From assembly GCA_963809485.1 (NCBI GenBank), contig CAWEJX010000020.1, positions 864,001 to 928,000 of the forward strand: a stretch of DNA of 64,000 nt. The letters are read 5' to 3'. The position numbers and the translations under genes were made by a program. The number at the start of each line of letters is the position of its first letter. Position 1 is the first letter of the stretch. This document shows, piece after piece, positions 1 through 13,786 of the stretch. The stretch comes from an uncultured Acidobacteriota bacterium (GTDB lineage: Bacteria; Acidobacteriota; UBA6911). A model generated the notes under the pieces. That model was not told the DNA's origin, did not search any database, and saw only the letters and a list, made by a program, of their open reading frames with translations.

Positions 1-207
1 CTCGCACAGGACAACGCTCAGGTGGGAATTCCGGGCCTACCGACGGTTCACGATGGCCGGATAGTTGTGTTCACTTGCAGGAAAATTGGCCTTTTGTGTT
101 TTGGCTGAAACTTTATGCGACAAAAATCCACTATTATGGTGGATTTGATTTCCGGCAATCCTTAAAATTCGCTGACCCAGCGAATAAGGAAGGGGGACAG
201 ATCACCC

Positions 208-1242
208 ATGAAGCACTCTGCTGAATTGTTTCTTTTTGCCCTGCTGGCACTGGCTGTAGCCTTTATCCCGAATGCGGCCGCAGACCTGAACGCCGCCGAA
301 ACACCGCAGGATAAGCCTGCCGCGCAGGGGGAGGCGCAGGAACCAGAACCTGAGTACTCCGAAGAGGAGTACAACGCCTATGACACCGCCAGCAAGGAAG
401 CGGACCTTGAAAAGCGCGGGGCAATGCTGCTTGAATTCATGGAAAAATACCCGAAATCAAAGCTCATGTCCTACATCGACTCAGCATACAAGGCCCTGCT
501 TTTCGAGTGCTCCAATAATAAAAAATATGAACAGCTTGAACCTCTCGCAGAGAAGTGGCTGAAGATTCATCCCAACGAGATCCAAACCCTGGCTTACATC
601 GCGGAGGCCTCGGAAAAGCTGGGACATGATCAAAAGTGCGTCGAGTGCCTGGAATCGATCTACAAACTGGAACCTACCCCGATCATGGCCAGGAACATCT
701 TTCAAACCTACCAGAAAATGAAGAATCAGGCCAAGGTCCAGGAGTGGGCTGAAAAGCTTTTCCAGATGTCCGAGTACGAAAGCGATTTCATGCTGCGCTA
801 TGAATTCGTTCTGAAATATACCGAAGCGAAAAATTACGCGAAGGCGGCCGAATACGCCAAACTCACTCTGAAATCGGCCGACTTCTTCAAGGAACCTGAT
901 GCTGAAACCAAAGAGCAGTTGCGCAAGGTGCGCCGCGCCTGCTACCACCTGATCGGCATGAATTCCTATGAGGCCGACAAATTTGCCGACGCCATCAAAT
1001 CCCTCCAGCAGGCCCTTAAAACGGAAAAATACGGAGAAGGCTACTACTACATCGGCATGAGCCTCTGGAAGCAAGAGAAGGTGGAAGAGGCCATGCTTTA
1101 TTTCGCGCGCGCCGAGCAGCAGGGAGGCGAGATCGCGGGACAGGCCAAAGATAAGCTGGAGCAACTATACAAAGCGCTTCACAACAACACAACGATCGGT
1201 ATCGACAAGATCTACAAGAAAGCCAAGGAAGAAGTTCTGTAG
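208..1242 (+). CDS. Exported tetratricopeptide-repeat (TPR) protein
   Basis: 344-aa ORF with an N-terminal signal peptide, then helical A/Y/L-rich TPR-like repeats (e.g. YYYIGMSLWKQEKVEEAMLYFARA); purine-rich RBS upstream. Confidence 0.75.
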   Translation: MKHSAELFLFALLALAVAFIPNAAADLNAAETPQDKPAAQGEAQEPEPEYSEEEYNAYDTASKEADLEKRGAMLLEFMEKYPKSKLMSYIDSAYKALLFECSNNKKYEQLEPLAEKWLKIHPNEIQTLAYIAEASEKLGHDQKCVECLESIYKLEPTPIMARNIFQTYQKMKNQAKVQEWAEKLFQMSEYESDFMLRYEFVLKYTEAKNYAKAAEYAKLTLKSADFFKEPDAETKEQLRKVRRACYHLIGMNSYEADKFADAIKSLQQALKTEKYGEGYYYIGMSLWKQEKVEEAMLYFARAEQQGGEIAGQAKDKLEQLYKALHNNTTIGIDKIYKKAKEEVL

Positions 1243-1265
1243 GTCCGGCGCCACACGCCATATTC

Positions 1266-1298
1266 TGCGGGGGGGACGGGCTTTCCCGCTCCCCCGCA
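1266..1298. terminator. GC-rich hairpin between the convergent TPR gene and atpC
   Basis: tgcggggg...cccccgca inverted repeat; no strong U-tract. Confidence 0.4.
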
Positions 1299-1466
1299 CG
1301 ATTCCCGACACATCTGAAGCTTGGACTCAAGTCCTCACAAAATCCCTGCCATTCCGGTTGCAGAGGTTCGCCGGGATTATTTTTTCGGATGAGCCCTGCA
1401 CCCAAAACCATGAACAGGACCGACGGATGCTTTAAAGACTGCCTCGGGCGGATCCGTTTTGCAGGA

Positions 1467-1889
1467 TCAGTGTTTGGCGTGTCTGTGCTTGACGGCGTTT
1501 AGGCGGGAAATTGCGCGCAGAAGAGCCAGTTCGGCCTTTGCGAAATCAATTCCGGGATCCTTGGACGCCAGGAGCTTCTCTGCCCTTGATTTGGCTTCCT
1601 CGGCCCTTTTGATATCGATATCCGAAGCCAGTTCAGCCGCCTGGGCAAGGATCACCACGCGATCCGGAAGGACCTCGACGAATCCCCAGGAACAGAACAG
1701 AAAATCCGTCCGGTCACCGATCACGTAGCTGATCTCGCCGATGCCCAATTGGGCCAGAAGCGGAGCATGGCCCGGGAGAATTCCGAGGTAGCCCGTTGTG
1801 GATGGAACGGTCACGGAATCCACATCGCCGCTGAACAGCTGTTTCTCAGGGGTGACAATTTCCAGATGTATCTTTTCCGGCAGTGCCAT
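1467..1889 (-). CDS. atpC: F1 ATP synthase subunit epsilon
   Basis: LEIVTPEK...GYLGILPGHAPL motif; start reassigned to the ATG at 1889 (MALPEKI). Confidence 0.95.
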   Translation of the reverse strand: MALPEKIHLEIVTPEKQLFSGDVDSVTVPSTTGYLGILPGHAPLLAQLGIGEISYVIGDRTDFLFCSWGFVEVLPDRVVILAQAAELASDIDIKRAEEAKSRAEKLLASKDPGIDFAKAELALLRAISRLNAVKHRHAKH

Positions 1890-1965
1890 ATCTGATTTCG
1901 AGATTTGAGATTCGAGATTTGAGACCAAAACCGCCGGCCCCGACTTGCGGATCTCGAATCCTTGG

Positions 1966-3408
<1,443 letters not shown>

Positions 3409-3460
3409 TTACGAATGACGAATGACGGCTACTTAGATAAAGGTTTTAATTCGTCATTCG

Positions 3461-4318
3461 TCATTTTGCAGAGGCGGCGCCGCTGACGACCTCGATCAGC
3501 TCCTTGGTAATTCCGGCCTGTCGCACTTTGTTCGCATAAAGAGTGAGCCCGTTTATCATTTCGGAGGCGTTGTTGGTTGCAGCCTCCATCGCGGCCATGC
3601 GCGCCCCATGCTCCGATGCAGCAGCCTCGAGCAGCGCCCGGAAAATCTGAGCTTCCACGTGCTTTGGGAGCAGGTCCGCGAAAATTTTGGCCGGAGGCTC
3701 GTCATAGAGGTATTCAAGCTTGTTGGCTTGATCCGGCTCATGCAGCCGCTGAATCGGCAATAACGGCTCCACGACGATCTTCTGCCGGACCACCGACTTG
3801 AATTCGTTATAGACAAGCCAGATCTGGTCCACCTCCCCTTTTACAAAATGATCGATGAGGTCCCTGGCGATTGCGGCGGCGTCCGCAAAGCTCACCTTGT
3901 GCAAAACGTTGGTGGCCTCACTGCGCACGGCGTAGGGCCGGCGCCTGAAGAAGTCCCTGGCTCTTTTCCCCAGAATGTTCAGCTCGACCTGCTTGCCCCG
4001 ATGCTCACCGAGGAATTCGAGCGCGTTCCGGACAATATTGGTGTTGTAAGCCCCGCACAGCCCTTTGTCGGCGGAAATCACCACAAGTTCGATTTTGTCG
4101 TCCCCGCGCACCGCCAGCAGGGGGTGGGCCTGTTCAGGGACCCGCGTCGCCAGGCTGTTGAGCACCGTGAGCATCTGACGCGCATAGGGGCGCGCCGCAA
4201 TGACGCGTTCCTGAGCCCTGCGCAGCCTTGCCGCTGAAACGAATTTCATGGCGCGGGTAATCTGCTGTATGTTTGTGGCGCTGCGGATCCGCCGCCTGAT
4301 ATCTCTGATGTTCGCCAT
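3461..4318 (-). CDS. atpG: F1 ATP synthase subunit gamma
   Basis: ITRAMKFVSA, DKGLCGAYN, RQAGITKEL motifs. Confidence 0.97.
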   Translation of the reverse strand: MANIRDIRRRIRSATNIQQITRAMKFVSAARLRRAQERVIAARPYARQMLTVLNSLATRVPEQAHPLLAVRGDDKIELVVISADKGLCGAYNTNIVRNALEFLGEHRGKQVELNILGKRARDFFRRRPYAVRSEATNVLHKVSFADAAAIARDLIDHFVKGEVDQIWLVYNEFKSVVRQKIVVEPLLPIQRLHEPDQANKLEYLYDEPPAKIFADLLPKHVEAQIFRALLEAAASEHGARMAAMEAATNNASEMINGLTLYANKVRQAGITKELIEVVSGAASAK

Positions 4319-4336
4319 TGGGTTGCCCGGTGACCT

Positions 4337-5866
<1,530 letters not shown>

Positions 5867-5919
5867 TTACCTCTCTCCACGAACTTAAGGGCGCTTTGGC
5901 CCGGGAGCGGCGCGTCCGG

Positions 5920-6462
5920 CTATTTTTCCGCAAGGCGCCGCCTTACTTCGGCGAGCTGCGTCCGGATGGAGCCGTCATATATCGTGCTGCCCATCCGGAC
6001 GATAACTCCTGCCATGAGGTCTGGATCCGTCTGAAACTCCATGGATACGCTTTTGCCCGTAATCCCTGCCAGTTTTTCGCCGAGGCGCGCGGCCTCCTGC
6101 CGGGACAGCGGCGCGGCCGTTGTTACCGTGGCCGAAAGCACGCCCTTGCGTTCATTCGCCTGCTTCAGGTAACTCTCAAAAATCGGCTGAAAATAGCGAA
6201 TCCGGTTGTGCCGCAGAAGAATGCGCAGGAAATTGGCAGTGACCCGGTTGACGGGATATTTCGCCATCAATTCGCCCAGCAGTCGTTCCTTGACTTCCCT
6301 CGGCACTGCGGGCGTGTGGAAAGCATCCAGCAGATCCGGAACTGCCTGGAAAATCTCGTTGTACGTTTTGAGGTCGCCGGTTACATCGGGCTCGAGGTTT
6401 TCCTCAAAAACCACATCCGTCAGCGAGCGCGCATAGCGTCCAAGGATCGCGGAAGGAATCAC
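5920..6462 (-). CDS. atpH: ATP synthase subunit delta
   Basis: RYARSL N-terminus, C-terminal DPDLMAGVIVRMGSTIYDGS; operon position. Confidence 0.93.
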   Translation of the reverse strand: MIPSAILGRYARSLTDVVFEENLEPDVTGDLKTYNEIFQAVPDLLDAFHTPAVPREVKERLLGELMAKYPVNRVTANFLRILLRHNRIRYFQPIFESYLKQANERKGVLSATVTTAAPLSRQEAARLGEKLAGITGKSVSMEFQTDPDLMAGVIVRMGSTIYDGSIRTQLAEVRRRLAEK

Positions 6463-7040
6463 TGTTTTTCTCCCAGCCCGGTGACAAAGCGCGCCAGCAG
6501 CCGCTTATGATCGGCGTCGGTAATTTCGCCGCGTATTTTTTCTTCGGCCAGCTTCACCGCAAGCTCCGCAGCATGAAGTTTCAGCTCCTGCCGGGCCGTC
6601 CGCGTCATTGCGTCGATCTCCTGCCGGGAACGTTCGAGGGCTTTTTCCGCATCCTGCCCCGCAGCTTCAACCAGCCGCTGATATTCTTCCCGGGCTTCCT
6701 TTTCCGAGGAATTCTTTATCTCCTGCAGTTCGTCATCCAGGTGGCTCATTCGGGATTCGATTTCGGTCAGTTTTTCTTCCGCAACCTTTCGAGCCTTCTG
6801 CGCCTCTTCGAGCTGCTCACGAATGGCCTGAGTTCTGCCGGAAAAGAAATTGGCCAGCGGTTTGCGCGTAGCCCAAACCAGCAGCCCGACCACCAGCGCC
6901 AGGTTGAACACCCGGCCGATATCAAGCCAGATTCCCCACTTATTGCTTTTTTCCGAAGCCAAAGCGTTCGCGGGAAGGGCTGCCGCCAGAGCCAGCCCCC
7001 AAAATATGAGATTATAAAGCCGGGCCTTGATATTCTTCAT
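6459..7040 (-). CDS. atpF: F0 ATP synthase subunit b
   Basis: N-terminal hydrophobic segments, KPL..FF..R, long charged coiled coil. Confidence 0.88.
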   Translation of the reverse strand: MKNIKARLYNLIFWGLALAAALPANALASEKSNKWGIWLDIGRVFNLALVVGLLVWATRKPLANFFSGRTQAIREQLEEAQKARKVAEEKLTEIESRMSHLDDELQEIKNSSEKEAREEYQRLVEAAGQDAEKALERSRQEIDAMTRTARQELKLHAAELAVKLAEEKIRGEITDADHKRLLARFVTGLGEKQ

Positions 7041-7112
7041 ATAATGTTCAAAAGCGCCTAAAACGCAGCTTATTACAGGAAAACAGCTTTTAGCCTGCGC
7101 GCGACTTCAGCC

Positions 7113-7556
7113 CTAGGGAGACTTCGCGTCCGCCGCCGATCGCCCGAGAACGTTCGAGGCGATGGTCCTGGCAATCTCCTCAGCGTCCAGGGCCAGCGTC
7201 TGCTTCGCAGTCTCGACCTCAGATCGTATCGCCTCTCGGGATTCTCCGATCGCCTGCTCTGCGGATTTGCGGGCCCGCGCCAGCAGTTCCGCCCTCTTCT
7301 TCATGGCTTCTGCCCGAACCTGGTCCTGCCGGCGGTATCCTTCCATCCGGGCATTCTTGATCGATGCCTGGTATTTATTGAACAGGTCCGATTGATAGTT
7401 CAGCTTCTCCTGCGCCGCAGCCATCGTTCCCGAGGTCCTTTTTTCTCTCTCCGCCAGCACTCGAGCAAGCGGCCTGAAAAGGATGCTGTTGAGAGCCAGA
7501 ATTAGTCCGAGAAATATGATGATTGCAGGAATTAATGAACTGTCCAGACTGATCAT
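7113..7556 (-). CDS. F0 ATP synthase subunit b'
   Basis: Single TM helix, LFRPL..VL.ERE, coiled coil; start taken at MISLDSS because the TTG at 7616 overlaps the predicted -10 box. Confidence 0.85.
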   Translation of the reverse strand: MISLDSSLIPAIIIFLGLILALNSILFRPLARVLAEREKRTSGTMAAAQEKLNYQSDLFNKYQASIKNARMEGYRRQDQVRAEAMKKRAELLARARKSAEQAIGESREAIRSEVETAKQTLALDAEEIARTIASNVLGRSAADAKSP

Positions 7557-7614
7557 GGGTATTGCCAAAGTGCCGAAAACAGACTGCGCATCGGCCCGTT
7601 TTTGAAAGATAATC

Positions 7615-7644
7615 AAGCTATCATAGGATTTCCCCGCCCGTCAA
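7615..7644 (-). promoter_or_regulatory. Putative sigma70 promoter of the atp operon
   Basis: Minus strand TTGACG-18 nt-TAGCTT with an extended TG motif. Confidence 0.45.
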
Positions 7645-7774
7645 GAATTTTCACCCCCCCTTAAAACCCGTATAGCTAGAAATCTCAATAAATTAGGCAC
7701 GATCAAGCAGATCCCGCAGGCCGAAGCGAATACGGAGATGTGATGGCAACGGCTAGCGATGATATATTGGTACC

Positions 7775-9160
7775 ATGTCTAAATCCCTTATTTGGATCGG
7801 CCTGGCCGGATTTGCCCAGGAACTGATATGGATAGCCATCCTGTCACTGGGCCCTCTGAGGGAACACACGGAATCATTTCTGGCTCTGATTCTGCCCGCA
7901 TTTATCCTTTGCATCTGGGCCTATTTCCGGCTGCCTGTCGGCACCCGGCAGGCTGCCTGGATGGTGCTGGGATTTGCTTTGATTTTCCGCGTTACCCTGG
8001 TGGGGGCCCCTCCCTACCAGAGTGAAGATGTCTACCGCTATATCTGGGATGCCCGGATAGGCGCCATGGGCATCAATCCCTATGCATTTCCTGCGGATGC
8101 GCCGGAACTTGAGAATGCCCGCGATAAGATTGTCTACCCGATGATCAATTCCAAACCATATGTAACGGCTTATCCCCCTTTATCGCAGGTGGTTTTCCGT
8201 GCCAACTATGCGCTTTTTGGCGTGAATGTTACGGCAATGAAGGCCATGTTCAGCCTGTTCGAGTTCCTGGCTGTCCTTGTCGCCTGGAGGCTGCTGGTCT
8301 CATGGGGACGCAGCATCCGACCTCTGATCCTCCTGGCATGGAATCCCTTCTTCATTTTCGAATTCTCGCATTCGGGTCATTCCGACAGCCTTATGATGCT
8401 CCTGCTGTTGCTGTCCATTTACCTGCTTGCCCGTTTTAAAAAAGCGTGGGCGATGGTGGGGTACGCGGGAGCGGTTCTGGCTAAGCTGCATCCGGCTTTA
8501 TGGTTTCCGCTGTTTCTCAGGCGCACCGGATGGAAACCGGCGCTCGCAGGCCTGGCTGCCGGTGCCGGTCTTGTGCTTGTGTACTTCAGTTTTGATTCTC
8601 TGCTCCGTTATTTGAATTCCCTCGGACTGTATTTCCGCCTGTTTGAGTTCAACGCGAGCATTCATTACCTGATACGCTTCATCGGCCAGCGGGCCTTCCA
8701 GGAATCCTGGGATAAAGCCATAGGCCCTTACCTCGGCGCCGTTCTTGTTCTGATATTCGTGCTCGTAGTCTGGAAATTCCCCATCCGCGATGCCCGCGGC
8801 GTATTGCATGCAGGATTCTGGATCATGACGGCGGATCTCTGCCTGGCTACGACAGTGCATCCCTGGTACCTCTCCTGGGCTGCGCTGGCCCTGCCTTTCT
8901 TCCCCTATGCTTTTATGGTGTATTGGACCGGCGCCGGTTTTCTGTCCTATCTCGCATACTCCTTTCATCCGGTTTATGAACCGGCATGGGTGCTGCTCAT
9001 TGAATATATCCCTGTATACGGATTGATGGGCTGGGAGATATGGCGCCGTCGCCCGTTGATGGAGGTCTGGCTTCCAGCAGGTGCCGCGAAGGAGGGGGAG
9101 AAAGGATCAAAGGATCAGAGGATCAAAGGATCAGAGGGGAAACAGCATGGCGGGCATTGA
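7775..9160 (+). CDS. Polytopic GT-C fold glycosyltransferase (GT87/DUF2029-like)
   Basis: Many TM helices with SEDVYRYIWD, YPPLSQ, AWNP, GHSD and VHPWY motifs. Confidence 0.7.
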   Translation: MSKSLIWIGLAGFAQELIWIAILSLGPLREHTESFLALILPAFILCIWAYFRLPVGTRQAAWMVLGFALIFRVTLVGAPPYQSEDVYRYIWDARIGAMGINPYAFPADAPELENARDKIVYPMINSKPYVTAYPPLSQVVFRANYALFGVNVTAMKAMFSLFEFLAVLVAWRLLVSWGRSIRPLILLAWNPFFIFEFSHSGHSDSLMMLLLLLSIYLLARFKKAWAMVGYAGAVLAKLHPALWFPLFLRRTGWKPALAGLAAGAGLVLVYFSFDSLLRYLNSLGLYFRLFEFNASIHYLIRFIGQRAFQESWDKAIGPYLGAVLVLIFVLVVWKFPIRDARGVLHAGFWIMTADLCLATTVHPWYLSWAALALPFFPYAFMVYWTGAGFLSYLAYSFHPVYEPAWVLLIEYIPVYGLMGWEIWRRRPLMEVWLPAGAAKEGEKGSKDQRIKGSEGKQHGGH

Positions 9161-9310
9161 TCCGATTATGGATTGCGCCGTTTGCTTCCAGACGCGGGTG
9201 CCGAGAAGGAGGAGGGATGAAGGATCAGAGGATCAGAGGGGAAGCGGCATGACGGGCATTGATCCGATAATGAGTGGCACCCTTTGCTCCTTGAATCCTC
9301 GGCCCCTCCA
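9069..9310. repeat. Imperfect ~115-bp tandem duplication carrying GGATCA(A/G)A repeats
   Basis: gcttccag..ggtgccg..aaggag..ggatcagagggga..gcatg.cgggcattgatccgat occurs twice. Confidence 0.75.
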
Positions 9311-9339
9311 ATTGCGGGCCGGCAAGCGAATCAGACGCA

Positions 9340-9891
9340 TTACTGACTGCGCCTAAAGATCAGGTTGAGGAATTCATTACGCGTTTCGGCAGAGCGCCGG
9401 AAGTTCCCGAGCATCGAGCTGGTGGTCGCTCGGGAATTCTGTTTTTCAACCCCACGCATCATCATGCACATGTGCTGAGCCTCGATGACGACGCCGACAC
9501 CGAGGGGTTTGATTTTTTCCATAATGGTTCTGGCGATCTGGGTAGTCAGGCGCTCCTGAACCTGCAGCCTGCGGCTGTACATTTCGATAAGCCGGGCGAT
9601 TTTGCTGATCCCGATTACCTTCTTATCGGGAAGATAACCGACATGGCATTTCCCGAAGAATGGCAGCATGTGGTGTTCGCACATGCTGAAAAAATCGATG
9701 TTCGACACAATCACCATTTCGTCGTACTGAACATCGAAGAGAGCGTTGTTCAGAAGCTCATCCGCATTTTGGTTGTAGCCGCTGGTCAGGAAGCGCAGAG
9801 CCTGTTCCACACGGTGCGGAGTGCCCTTGAGCCCCTGGCGTTCCGGGTCCTCCCCAATATCTTCAAGCACTTTACGTATCAGTTCTTTCAT
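9340..9891 (-). CDS. folE: GTP cyclohydrolase I
   Basis: [29 protein letters not shown]. Confidence 0.97.
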   Translation of the reverse strand: MKELIRKVLEDIGEDPERQGLKGTPHRVEQALRFLTSGYNQNADELLNNALFDVQYDEMVIVSNIDFFSMCEHHMLPFFGKCHVGYLPDKKVIGISKIARLIEMYSRRLQVQERLTTQIARTIMEKIKPLGVGVVIEAQHMCMMMRGVEKQNSRATTSSMLGNFRRSAETRNEFLNLIFRRSQ

Positions 9892-10624
9892 CCATCCCCC
9901 GTACAGCCCTGCATCGGGCTATGAAACCCTCAAACAATCTTTTGGAAAACATATCGAAACCAAAACTCTTCTCCGGGTGCCACTGAACTCCGAGAATCCA
10001 TTGGGCCGAGTCCCTGTGAATGACGGATTCAATAACGCCATCCGTCGCGCGCGCAATCACACTCAAGTCCTTTGCGGGACGCTCGATCGCCTGATGGTGC
10101 GTACTGTTCACACCAATTTCCCGGCTCGCGGCGATCCCTTCCAGGATCGACCCCGCGGAAATCCTGATTGCGTGGCAAGGATCGCCGTTGGTTTCCGGAG
10201 CATTGTGGCGGATCGGGCCGCCCACCGAAGTGGGTAGGTCCTGGATCAGAGTGCCTCCGAGAAACACATTCAAAGACTGGATGCCGAAGCAGATGGCCAG
10301 GACAGGGATTCTGCGCCTGAGCGCGGTTTCGAGAAGGAAAAAATCCATTTGATCACGAAGCGGCTGGGCGGGGCCGCAGGCTTCCAGACGGACAGCGCCA
10401 TACCGCGCAGGATCCAGATCGCTGTTGCTGCCGGTCAGAAGAATGCCATCCAGCCGCTCTGCAAGTGGGAGGACACTTCCGGTACTGGCAGCGAGCGGCA
10501 GGATCATGGGCACACCGCCTGCGGCCTCAATCGCATCCGGGTATTGCCGGCTTAAATACTCCCTGTCTCCGCCCGGATCCATCTGCGCCGGCATGCCGAT
10601 CCAGGGGATACGTGTCTCTGCCAT
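9872..10624 (-). CDS. Peptidase C26 / gamma-glutamyl-gamma-aminobutyrate hydrolase-family amidotransferase
   Basis: LAICFGIQ nucleophile elbow, [15 protein letters not shown]; start at MAETRIP. Confidence 0.9.
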   Translation of the reverse strand: MAETRIPWIGMPAQMDPGGDREYLSRQYPDAIEAAGGVPMILPLAASTGSVLPLAERLDGILLTGSNSDLDPARYGAVRLEACGPAQPLRDQMDFFLLETALRRRIPVLAICFGIQSLNVFLGGTLIQDLPTSVGGPIRHNAPETNGDPCHAIRISAGSILEGIAASREIGVNSTHHQAIERPAKDLSVIARATDGVIESVIHRDSAQWILGVQWHPEKSFGFDMFSKRLFEGFIARCRAVRGMDERTDT

Positions 10625-10696
10625 TTCCCCGCCTGCAGGGTCAAAAGAGTCACATTCTACCATACAGCCCTTCCTCGGCCGAATTCCTCCCATGGT

Positions 10697-11644
10697 TTGA
10701 GCCGCATCCGGATTTATTCGACGCTCGGAATGCTGTACACTTGCCCAATGGAACGATTGAGGCCTTACTTCCGCCGGGTGGGCAGTTGCCTGGCCGCTGC
10801 CGGCCGCATGATGCTGAAGTATGAGGTTCCAAGGGATGCGGCCGGGATCTCCTATTTCAGTCTCGTCGCGCTGCTTCCATCCATACTCGTAATGATTACG
10901 GTTGTCGATGCTTTTCTGGGATGGATGAACCTTCACGACACGGTCCTCAAGAAAACAGTGGATCTCTTCCCCCTTTCCAGCCAGTTTCTAAGTTCAACGC
11001 TGAATGAAATAACGGCCCCATCCCAGGCAGTCGTCATCTCCTGTCTGGGAGTCGTGCTGTGGTCCGCTTCCTGGATTTTTACCTTCATGGAAAACGGCAT
11101 AAACCACGCATGGGGCGTGCCCAACCGGAGAGCGTTCTGGCATAGCCGGCTGCTCGGAATCGCCTTCATGATCCTGGTCGGCGGCAGCCTGCTGTCCTCC
11201 GCCGCCATAACCGCTTTCATCAGCACCGTTCGGGCCCGCACGGACGCCCGCATTCAGGCTTCCGTTGCAGCGCATGTTTTCATCGGCTGGTTCTGGTATT
11301 TCATCCTTCTCGGGGCTGGCCTCCTGATTGCCATTCTCGTCTTTGCCCTCATCTTCAAATTGACTCCGCACTTTAGAGTTCGCTGGAGCGAAGCATTTTC
11401 CGGCGCGGCGGCAACCACGATTTTGTGGGAGATCGGCAGCCTTATTTTTATAAAGCTTGTGCCCTTTTTCAACTACCAGCGAATTTACGGCAGGATGGGC
11501 GCCGTGATCGCCCTGCTGGTCTGGGTGTATACATCGAACCTCATCATGCTTTTCGGCGCGAACTTTTCCGCTCAGCTTCACCACATAACCGTTCAAAAAC
11601 CCTATCCGGACACGGTAGTGTTTCAGAGGAAGATGGCTCGATGA
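10697..11644 (+). CDS. YihY/virulence factor BrkB-family membrane protein
   Basis: AAGISYFSL, six TM helices, YG..GAVIALLVWVY...LFGA; true start may be a downstream Met. Confidence 0.88.
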   Translation: MSRIRIYSTLGMLYTCPMERLRPYFRRVGSCLAAAGRMMLKYEVPRDAAGISYFSLVALLPSILVMITVVDAFLGWMNLHDTVLKKTVDLFPLSSQFLSSTLNEITAPSQAVVISCLGVVLWSASWIFTFMENGINHAWGVPNRRAFWHSRLLGIAFMILVGGSLLSSAAITAFISTVRARTDARIQASVAAHVFIGWFWYFILLGAGLLIAILVFALIFKLTPHFRVRWSEAFSGAAATTILWEIGSLIFIKLVPFFNYQRIYGRMGAVIALLVWVYTSNLIMLFGANFSAQLHHITVQKPYPDTVVFQRKMAR

Positions 11645-11705
11645 CGGCACGATGTGTCTGCTGTTCCAGCATCGGGCCGTCAGTAAACGAGAACCTTGTG
11701 AAACC

Positions 11706-12749
11706 ATGAAACTTAGCGACTTTAATTTCGATTTGCCGGAACGCTTGATAGCCCAGCATCCCGCCTCTGAGCGCGACCAATCGAGGATGATGGTGGTTTG
11801 GCGCAAAACCGGTAAAAGAGAACACCACCGCTTCATGGGATTGCCCGAAATACTGGGGCCTGAGCATTTCCTCGTCATCAACAACACCCGGGTTTTCCCC
11901 GCCCGGCTTAGGGCTGCGCGCCCGGGAAGAACCGAGGATATCGAGGTCCTGCTTCTCAAAGAGCTGGATGCTGCTGAGGGCAAATGGCTCACTCTGACTA
12001 AACCGGCGCGGAAGACCCGTCCGGGCCAGGATCTTATAATCGGCAAGCTTAATGCCAGGATTCTGGAAACCGGGGAAGCCGGCAGCCGGATTATCCAGTT
12101 CAACACCAGAGAAAACCTCCGTGCGGCTTTTGAGGCGATGGGAGAGCCTCCGCTCCCTCCCTACATCCGAAGGCGCCGGGGAGCGGATCTGGCGGAAGAC
12201 AAAATGCGGTACCAGACGGTTTACGCCCGCAGTAGCGGCTCCGTTGCCGCTCCAACCGCGGGTTTGCACTTTACCGACAATGTCCTGCGACGACTGAAAG
12301 ATCGGGGGATCCCGATCTGCGAAATTCTTCTGCATGTAGGCTACGGCACATTCCAGCCCGTCCGGTGCGAGGATATTCGCGAGCATCGGATGGAGCCGGA
12401 GTATCACGAGATCGATGCAGAGACCGCAGCGCGCATACGTGCGTGCAAAGCCGAAGGACGGCGGCTGATCGCGGTCGGGACCACAACAACCCGTTGCCTG
12501 GAGTTCCTTGCGGCAAAGGAGGGCGCATTCGAGAACGCCTCTTCCGGTTACTGCAACCTGTTTATCTATCCCGGCTTCGAGTTCAGGATGCTGGACGGCC
12601 TGCTGACCAACTTTCACCTGCCCCAATCCACTCTCTTTATGCTTACCTGCGCTTTTGCCGGCCGTGAGATGATGCTCGACTGTTACCGGGAAGCCATTGC
12701 AAAGGGCTATAGGTTTTACAGCTATGGTGACTGCATGCTTCTTCTCTGA
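11706..12749 (+). CDS. queA: S-adenosylmethionine:tRNA ribosyltransferase-isomerase
   Basis: MKLSDFNFDLPERLIAQ, SVAAPTAGLHF, LLTNFHLP, YRFYSYGD. Confidence 0.97.
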   Translation: MKLSDFNFDLPERLIAQHPASERDQSRMMVVWRKTGKREHHRFMGLPEILGPEHFLVINNTRVFPARLRAARPGRTEDIEVLLLKELDAAEGKWLTLTKPARKTRPGQDLIIGKLNARILETGEAGSRIIQFNTRENLRAAFEAMGEPPLPPYIRRRRGADLAEDKMRYQTVYARSSGSVAAPTAGLHFTDNVLRRLKDRGIPICEILLHVGYGTFQPVRCEDIREHRMEPEYHEIDAETAARIRACKAEGRRLIAVGTTTTRCLEFLAAKEGAFENASSGYCNLFIYPGFEFRMLDGLLTNFHLPQSTLFMLTCAFAGREMMLDCYREAIAKGYRFYSYGDCMLLL

Positions 12750-13229
12750 CAGCAGGCTTCTCTGGTTTCAGGTTTTTGACCTTCGACCTGAAACAATAAA
12801 CCCAAGGTATAAGGCATACGGATGCATTTGCGCCGCACGGCTAGGTTTATCCCCCGGCATAGCCGGCCCGACAAAGAGGCCCGATCACAACCGATAAAGG
12901 ACAAATTCGGTTATACGCGCAAAAACATCTTTTGGCTTTTTGAACTGCAGGATGCCGAATAACGAATGATGAATTTCGACATTCGATATTCAGTATTTTT
13001 GCGGTCAGTGCCCCGGTAAAATGACACCCCTCAGTATTGTCGAATTGGTACGGCCTCAGCGGCAGAGCCGGTAGATGTCCCAATGGATTAGGATTAAGTA
13101 CTTTTTTTATATACATTTGGGCCATGTTCCGGTTGCTTTGGTTATACATTTGTGTTAAAGAGTAGCCCGTAGCCGATAAGACAGTGCAGAAGCGAAATAT
13201 CCCTAAATCCCTGACGTAATAATATCCAG

Positions 13230-13751
13230 ATGGGAAGTGAGGGTGCTGTGATGGAATGCACTGGGGTGAAAAATAGCCTTTCCCGCAAAATCGACGGTGA
13301 ATTAACGGCTGACGAATGCGCTCAAGTGGATGCGCATCTGGCTCAATGTGCTTCCTGCATGCGGGAATACAGGCTCCTGGCGCTTCCTCGCCGGATTGCA
13401 GAAGCTATCCCCGCCTTAACGCCATCTCCCTATTTCTATCAATCCATCAGGGCCCGCATTGAAGGTGAGTCGCAGAGTCTTGCTGTATGGCAGGTTTTTT
13501 ACGGATTGACCCGCCGAGTTATTCCCGTGATGGCGGGCATAACGCTCGCGCTTCTTTCAGTTTTTGCCTACCTGCAGATACGCGTGTCTGAAACGGATAT
13601 TTACACGGCTTATGCCAGCGCGATCGTGAGTGAGGATCGTTCCTCCAGGCTGCTGGTGGAAGGACGGACCAGCATTACCGACGAGGGCGTTCTTCGCGCG
13701 ATCGCTGAGAGCAGCGCCGATTATGAGCGGGATTTGCCTTTGAAGAAATAG
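13230..13751 (+). CDS. zf-HC2 (ZAS) transmembrane anti-sigma factor
   Basis: HLAQCASC (HxxxCxxC) followed by one TM helix. Confidence 0.8.
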   Translation: MGSEGAVMECTGVKNSLSRKIDGELTADECAQVDAHLAQCASCMREYRLLALPRRIAEAIPALTPSPYFYQSIRARIEGESQSLAVWQVFYGLTRRVIPVMAGITLALLSVFAYLQIRVSETDIYTAYASAIVSEDRSSRLLVEGRTSITDEGVLRAIAESSADYERDLPLKK

Positions 13752-13786
13752 GGAACGCCTGCAGCCGAAATTTGGAAGCGGATGAA

